Shown: in pieces, positions 6,902 through 11,337 of the stretch | Layout of the letters: each line of letters starts with the position of its first letter | Numbering within the stretch: position 1 is the first letter of the stretch | DNA from: Candidatus Nanohalobium sp. | GTDB lineage: Archaea > Nanohalarchaeota > Nanosalinia > Nanosalinales > Nanosalinaceae | Reading direction: 5' to 3' | NCBI GenBank assembly: GCA_042216335.1 | Contig: JBDGTY010000026.1 | Location: forward strand, 1 to 11,337 | Length of the DNA: 11,337 nt | Program-made: the position numbers and the translations under genes | The notes under the pieces: model-generated | The model's input: only the letters and a program-made list of their open reading frames with translations | Databases searched by the model: none | What the model was told of the DNA's origin: nothing

Positions 6902-8450
6902 CTTCATCCCCCTCCGGTTTTTCCTTTTCCCCCGAGAAGCCTTCCGGCTTCCATACACGCGTCAGCTTCTCCTCGGCCGTCCACTCCTCCATGTAGTTCT
7001 CCATGGATTCCGGCGTCGAGTTCTTCAGTATCCTTCCCTTTCTCAGTATCTTTCTCAGCCTGGACTCCAGCGTCTTTGAAAGCTCGTCGTACAGGCTCTT
7101 GTCGCCGTAGATAAGATCGTTCTTGATCCTCCAGTACGCAGTCGTTCCCTTCGGCGCCACGACGATATAACCTCTTTCATGTCCAAAGTCTGCCATCGCA
7201 TCGTAGAGAGTATCATTGTTAACGTAGTATACTCCGCCGTTCGTCCCTGACGGATCGAGGTTGAGTATCTCCTCTCCCTCCACTCCGACTGAGAGCACGA
7301 AGTGGCCTGCGGATGCATCCGGGAATATCTCCGGTTTGTAGAAGTTCGATACTATCAGCGCACCGTCGTTGAACCATGACTTGTATTCATCCTCAAGATC
7401 GGTTATCTTGTCGTATCCTACCCAGGCTGTCCTGACCTCGTTGTTGGTCAACTCCTCGATAGCTTCCATCAGATCTTCCTCTTCGACTCCCTCGCCTTCC
7501 TGGACGTCAGCTTTCTCTCCTATCTCGTGCTGGTCGTGGCGGTAGCCGAAGATCTCCAGCGCCATCTCGGCCGAGGCCGGCCCGCAGTAGGAAGGATCCT
7601 GTGCGACGAAGTAGCTGGTTATGTCCTCCAGGGTTTCAAGGTCGCTCTGCGTCCTCTTCACCCTCATAGGCGACTCCATAAGCTGGCTGTTCGGAGTAAG
7701 GAGGGTGTAGCCAGAATCCGTGTTGACTGAGGTGGAGAAGAGCGATATCTCCTTGATCTCCCCTGTTTCGCCGTCAACCTTGACCTCCTCTCCCTGGCGC
7801 ACCAGGTGCGAGTTCTTCAGGTAGAAGCCGGCGGCTATGTTGTGGAACAGATCCTTCAGCGAGTAGAACGTCAGGGCTGCGACCATGAAGGCGAAGGCCC
7901 ATGTAGCCGCATTCAGGAGCTGGTTCAGGAAAGTGTAGCCTATCTGCAGCTGAGCCAGAACTACCTGGAAAAGTATTACGTACATCAGTGCCTTGGCCGC
8001 CGCTGCTATAAGGTTGGAGGCACTTCTTGAAAGCCCGAGCTCCCTCAAGTAGTTGTTGACGCCGACAGTGCTGAGGAAGTCCCTGAAAACCCTTGTGACT
8101 ATCCTGATAAGCACTACACCGAGCACGCCCAGAAGTAGAGCAGATGCTATCCTTGGGCTGCTACTGACCAGGTTGCTGAAGAAGCTCTGGCCTATCCCGG
8201 CATTAAGATACAGTATAGCTCCGGAGATGACTGCTCCATCCAGGATGTAGCCCGCAAGTCGTATGTTCTCCTCCCTTCTCTCGATGTCCTTCTTGGTAAC
8301 ATCCTCAGCACCCCGGATCCAGAAACGTCGTATGAAGACTTTGACCAGCTTCACCAGCAGGTGGCCGAACACCAGAATAAGCAGAGCGCCGAGTACGCGG
8401 AGCATCGGCCCTGAAGACAGTCCTGGCAGCAGTTGGGATAGAAATGTCAT
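6879..8450 (-). CDS. MscS-family channel fused to a C-terminal papain-like cysteine peptidase (C39/phytochelatin-synthase-like)
   Basis: N-terminal hydrophobic helices with two repeated 'R(V/I)..ALL' TM units and MscS core motifs (SLKDLFHNIAAGFYL, GEEVKVDGETGEIKEISLFST, TPNSQL). C-terminal domain has Q284-DPSY-C289GPAS, G-H383-F and NL-D399-P. Confidence 0.87.
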   Translation of the reverse strand: MTFLSQLLPGLSSGPMLRVLGALLILVFGHLLVKLVKVFIRRFWIRGAEDVTKKDIERREENIRLAGYILDGAVISGAILYLNAGIGQSFFSNLVSSSPRIASALLLGVLGVVLIRIVTRVFRDFLSTVGVNNYLRELGLSRSASNLIAAAAKALMYVILFQVVLAQLQIGYTFLNQLLNAATWAFAFMVAALTFYSLKDLFHNIAAGFYLKNSHLVRQGEEVKVDGETGEIKEISLFSTSVNTDSGYTLLTPNSQLMESPMRVKRTQSDLETLEDITSYFVAQDPSYCGPASAEMALEIFGYRHDQHEIGEKADVQEGEGVEEEDLMEAIEELTNNEVRTAWVGYDKITDLEDEYKSWFNDGALIVSNFYKPEIFPDASAGHFVLSVGVEGEEILNLDPSGTNGGVYYVNNDTLYDAMADFGHERGYIVVAPKGTTAYWRIKNDLIYGDKSLYDELSKTLESRLRKILRKGRILKNSTPESMENYMEEWTAEEKLTRVWKPEGFSGEKEKPEGDEDEASEDN

Positions 8451-8475
8451 TATGTTTTACCTAGACCCATCTTTG

Positions 8476-8491
8476 TTTAAAAACTCTGCGC
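8476..8491 (-). promoter_or_regulatory. Putative promoter of the MscS-peptidase/ligase operon (leaderless or short leader)
   Basis: TTTTTAAA on the minus strand (8476-8483), 26-33 nt upstream of the ATG at 8450. Confidence 0.55.
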
Positions 8492-8494
8492 TTT

Positions 8495-11337
8495 TCATTC
8501 CGTCGAGTTTATGCTGCCGTGGCCGATTAGCCGCCATCGACTGCCTACCTGCCGTGAAATAGCCACTCGATCGCCTTCCTCCACGCAGACCGGCATCTTC
8601 AGGTCAAGCCTCACATGCTTGCCTGCCTGTGTTACGACTCCTGCTGTCTTCGTGGTACCCAGGTTAAGCATCAATGGTTCGTGCTCCTTGATGTTGTCGA
8701 TCTCCTCATCGCCCTCAGAGCCGACAAGGCTGTCCATCAGTTCTGCCTCGATCTCGACAGTATCAGTGACCTCCGGAAGCTCACCCTCGAGGCCCAGAAC
8801 GTTGCCTCCAAGGCCGTCGGACTTCACAATCGAAGGATCAAGGTCTGTCTCGACTCCGAGAAGTCCTCCAGGCCTTCCCTTCTCAACAGGAGAGTCTCCC
8901 TGGATGATGCTCTGAATCTCCGTAGTAACCTTCTCGAACTTTTCACCATCCTTCCTGATACCCGGCTTCATCTCGACCCTGTCGCCGGGCTCAAGCTCCC
9001 CTCTTACGAGGCTTCCACCGACAACTCCACCGTTCAGATCTTCCGGCGAAGTTCCCGGCTTATTGGTGTCGAAGGAGCGTGCGACAAGCATCCTCGGATC
9101 CGACTCAAGGTCTCTATCTGGCGTTGGAATTTCTTCATCGATCGCCTCAAGAAGTGCGTCGATATTGACCTCGTGCTGAGCACTGATAGGGATAATCGGT
9201 GCGTCCTCAGCAACCGTGCCTTCAACGAACTCCTTGATCTGCTCGTAGTTCTCCTTCGCCTCTTCCTCGGAGACCAGGTCGATCTTGTTCTGTGCTATTA
9301 CGATGTTTTCGATGCCGACGATGTCAAGTGCTGCGAGGTGTTCCCTTGTCTGGGGTTGTGGGACTTCCTCGTCAGCTGCGACCAGAAGTACTGCACCGTC
9401 CATGATGGCTGCTCCGGAAAGGACGTTTGCCATCAGTGTTTCGTGGCCCGGAGCGTCGACCAGTGAGACAGTTCTCTCCTCTTCACCGTCTCCTTCGACG
9501 TTCAGTTCCCCGTCTTTGCTGTAGTATGTGATGTCGGCGTATCCAATCCTGATAGTAATCCCTCTCTCCAGTTCCTCGCTGTGCTGGTCAGTCCATTCAC
9601 CGGAGAGCGCCTGTGTTAATGTAGTGTTGTGGCATAGTATTCCTCCATATCCTGCGAAGAAGTTATGGTTGTCAGGGACAGTAAGGTCTACTATTGGCCC
9701 TTTATTTCTCTTTCTAGTTTTTTCTGTGACTTCTTCAAAAGTGATAGCCGAATTAAAAATCCATGAGATTTCTTCAAGTGCTTCGATGCTTTTCTCTATC
9801 TTCTCTTCCGAAATTCTCTTGCATGCTTTGAAAGCAGCAGCCCTCTTCTTACTTCCTTTTTCCCCATCTATGTATCTCTGTGCCTGAGAAGTACTAACCC
9901 CCATTTGATCCGCAATTTGCTCTGAGGTTATACTGGCCATATCCATTAGATACTTGATATCATCCGAATCGTTAGTGGATGATATTTTATCTCTCTCAGT
10001 TTTGATAGCGTTTTCTATCTTGTTGAACATCTGGGGCGTGATCCGGCCTTTTTGCCGGGCTTCTTCAAGTCCTTTGTACCAAGATCTTTCTTTTAGGCCA
10101 TTTTTTGACCCTGTGTTGTTCCTCTTGGATCGGAGCAGTTGAAGTGCTTCATCCAGTTTCTCAAAGTCTATGGGTATTGAGCCGTTAGATGAGCAGCCAG
10201 ATTCTCTGATAGTTTTCTCCAGTTTGGATTTCTTTTCTTGAGGAGTAGCACCTATTTCTTTCTGGAACCTTTCCAGGTTCTGACTGCCCGAAATAGTGAG
10301 AGTGTAATACGTTCTCTCTTTAGGTGATGCAGAATTGGTTGCTTTGGAAACTGTTTGGCCTAGTTTAGGCCTTATTCCAAATTCCTGTAGGAGGTAGGAT
10401 ATCCTGTTGATATTCTCACTGTTGGCCTGTGTTAAAGCCACCTGGCCTGATTTAGGGTTTATATCGGCCTCAAAGCTGAAGAACCAGTTCAAGAACGTCT
10501 TTTTTAGATTTTTTGGAAGCGAGTGGACTATGGATGGTATACCAGCTTCCCTACTATTTCCTGTCTTTAGACCAAACTTAGCTTGTAAGTACTGTGAAAA
10601 GCCACGCGAGTTAATTCTGTAGTCTTTATCACTTATCTTCTGCACATCTAGAGAAATTCCTTCAAGGTATTCGAAAACCTGATCCCTCATCTCTACATGA
10701 TCTCTCTGGCATATCTCAACACGGTTCTGCTTAAGCACTCCTTCAGCAGTTAAAATAGCCAAGAACTTTACAAAATCCTCATCTGCCTCAATCTTCTCGA
10801 AACGTGACTGTCTATAGTCCTTTCCACTTTCAAAAACAATAATAATTTCATCTTCCCTTATTTCGGGACAGTTATCCTCCAGATAGTTTTCAATCTTTTT
10901 CGCTGCAGCTTCACTGAACTCTCTGTCTGCAGATATGCTCTTGAGATACGTATCATAGGATATGCCGATTTCATCAGCAAACTGTCTCTTTGAAAGCCCC
11001 AGTATTTTTCTTGCCAGTTCATACTGCTCATAGCTGCTGAAGTCGCTGAAATTATCTGTCTGATCTTTAAGACTTCTTAAATCCTGATGTTCTATTACTT
11101 GGTTCTCCTCTTCTAGTTTATTCCTCCAGTCTTCTTCTGCCTCCACGCCTCTATCTTCCAGAGGTATTTCTTGAGGAACTGCTACAAAATCTCCTTCCTT
11201 AACGTCACTGCTCTGTACCCATTCAATAGAGCCATCTCTATTTACAAGCAGAGGATGCGACCTTGTCAAGGTGACTTCCCTGCCATTGGAAGTTTCTATT
11301 TTATTCAAATCTCCATCGTAGTCCTGTACATAAACTT
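8495..11337 (-). CDS. eif2g: Translation initiation factor 2 subunit gamma (aIF2-gamma) precursor containing an intein; 5' end outside the window
   Basis: C-extein TTLTQALSGEWTDQHSEELERGITIRIGYA, DAPGHETLM, PQPQTREH, QNKIDL, GGVVGGSL and RVAISRQVGSRWRLIGHG. The frame stays open to the window edge (...VYVQDYDGDLNKIE), so the TTG at 11308 is not the start. Confidence 0.97.
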   Translation of the reverse strand, partial: VYVQDYDGDLNKIETSNGREVTLTRSHPLLVNRDGSIEWVQSSDVKEGDFVAVPQEIPLEDRGVEAEEDWRNKLEEENQVIEHQDLRSLKDQTDNFSDFSSYEQYELARKILGLSKRQFADEIGISYDTYLKSISADREFSEAAAKKIENYLEDNCPEIREDEIIIVFESGKDYRQSRFEKIEADEDFVKFLAILTAEGVLKQNRVEICQRDHVEMRDQVFEYLEGISLDVQKISDKDYRINSRGFSQYLQAKFGLKTGNSREAGIPSIVHSLPKNLKKTFLNWFFSFEADINPKSGQVALTQANSENINRISYLLQEFGIRPKLGQTVSKATNSASPKERTYYTLTISGSQNLERFQKEIGATPQEKKSKLEKTIRESGCSSNGSIPIDFEKLDEALQLLRSKRNNTGSKNGLKERSWYKGLEEARQKGRITPQMFNKIENAIKTERDKISSTNDSDDIKYLMDMASITSEQIADQMGVSTSQAQRYIDGEKGSKKRAAAFKACKRISEEKIEKSIEALEEISWIFNSAITFEEVTEKTRKRNKGPIVDLTVPDNHNFFAGYGGILCHNTTLTQALSGEWTDQHSEELERGITIRIGYADITYYSKDGELNVEGDGEEERTVSLVDAPGHETLMANVLSGAAIMDGAVLLVAADEEVPQPQTREHLAALDIVGIENIVIAQNKIDLVSEEEAKENYEQIKEFVEGTVAEDAPIIPISAQHEVNIDALLEAIDEEIPTPDRDLESDPRMLVARSFDTNKPGTSPEDLNGGVVGGSLVRGELEPGDRVEMKPGIRKDGEKFEKVTTEIQSIIQGDSPVEKGRPGGLLGVETDLDPSIVKSDGLGGNVLGLEGELPEVTDTVEIEAELMDSLVGSEGDEEIDNIKEHEPLMLNLGTTKTAGVVTQAGKHVRLDLKMPVCVEEGDRVAISRQVGSRWRLIGHGSINSTE
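9626..11337 (-). mobile_element. Intein with LAGLIDADG homing endonuclease (N-terminus outside the window)
   Basis: Block B TRSHPLLV, block F IVDLTVPDNHNFFA, block G LCHN followed by +1 Thr (Asn codon 9626-9628). LAGLIDADG-like helices FLAILTAEG and FLNWFFSFEAD. More AT-rich than the extein. Confidence 0.95.

Noticed and set aside
7566-7582. Adjacent GC palindromes CTCGGCCGAG and GGCCGGCC
   Set aside because: They encode the GPASAE peptidase motif in GC-rich codons; no evidence of a separate function.
3003-8562. Short alternate-frame or antisense ORFs inside the ligase cluster, considered as possible RiPP (graspetide) precursor peptides
   Set aside because: All overlap real genes, none has its own promoter or a repeated core motif, and no intergenic space exists for a precursor. 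A RiPP model is unsupported within this window.
8615-9466. 283-aa plus-strand ORF and other antisense ORFs (8511-8915, 9285-9524, 9528-9887, 9954-10142, 10407-10622)
   Set aside because: They lie antisense to well-supported eif2g/intein coding sequence, have non-acidic composition and show no motifs; typical shadow ORFs.
1-11337. CRISPR arrays, tRNA/rRNA genes, IS elements and integrases
   Set aside because: No periodic repeats, RNA gene signatures or transposase motifs seen; intergenic gaps are too short (longest about 130 nt).

Overview
Archaeal window with a very acidic proteome; gene content and sequence style suggest a DPANN halophile, probably Nanohaloarchaeota (inference). The backbone is the conserved minus-strand archaeal cluster aIF2-gamma - PIN (Fcf1/Utp24-like) - rpoE1 - spt4 - rps24e - rps27ae. 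Three accessory elements interrupt it. (1) A large LAGLIDADG intein with two HTH-like inserts lies in the P-loop of aIF2-gamma. (2) A five-gene peptide-ligase cluster (3258-8450) encodes an MscS-type channel fused to a papain-fold domain resembling phytochelatin synthase, a degenerate RimK-like protein, an intact RimK-like ATP-grasp ligase, a GCS2 gamma-glutamyl ligase and a convergent YheC/D-like ATP-grasp ligase. This is the best candidate for an undescribed system: channel-coupled gamma-glutamyl peptide synthesis, processing or export. (3) An AT-rich island (about 1430-2818) carries a VapC-like PIN toxin, a 47-aa antitoxin-like ORF missing from the ORF track and a possible chaperone-fold protein ending in DLGYIG. 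All family assignments come from motif recognition by eye; no database searches were run.
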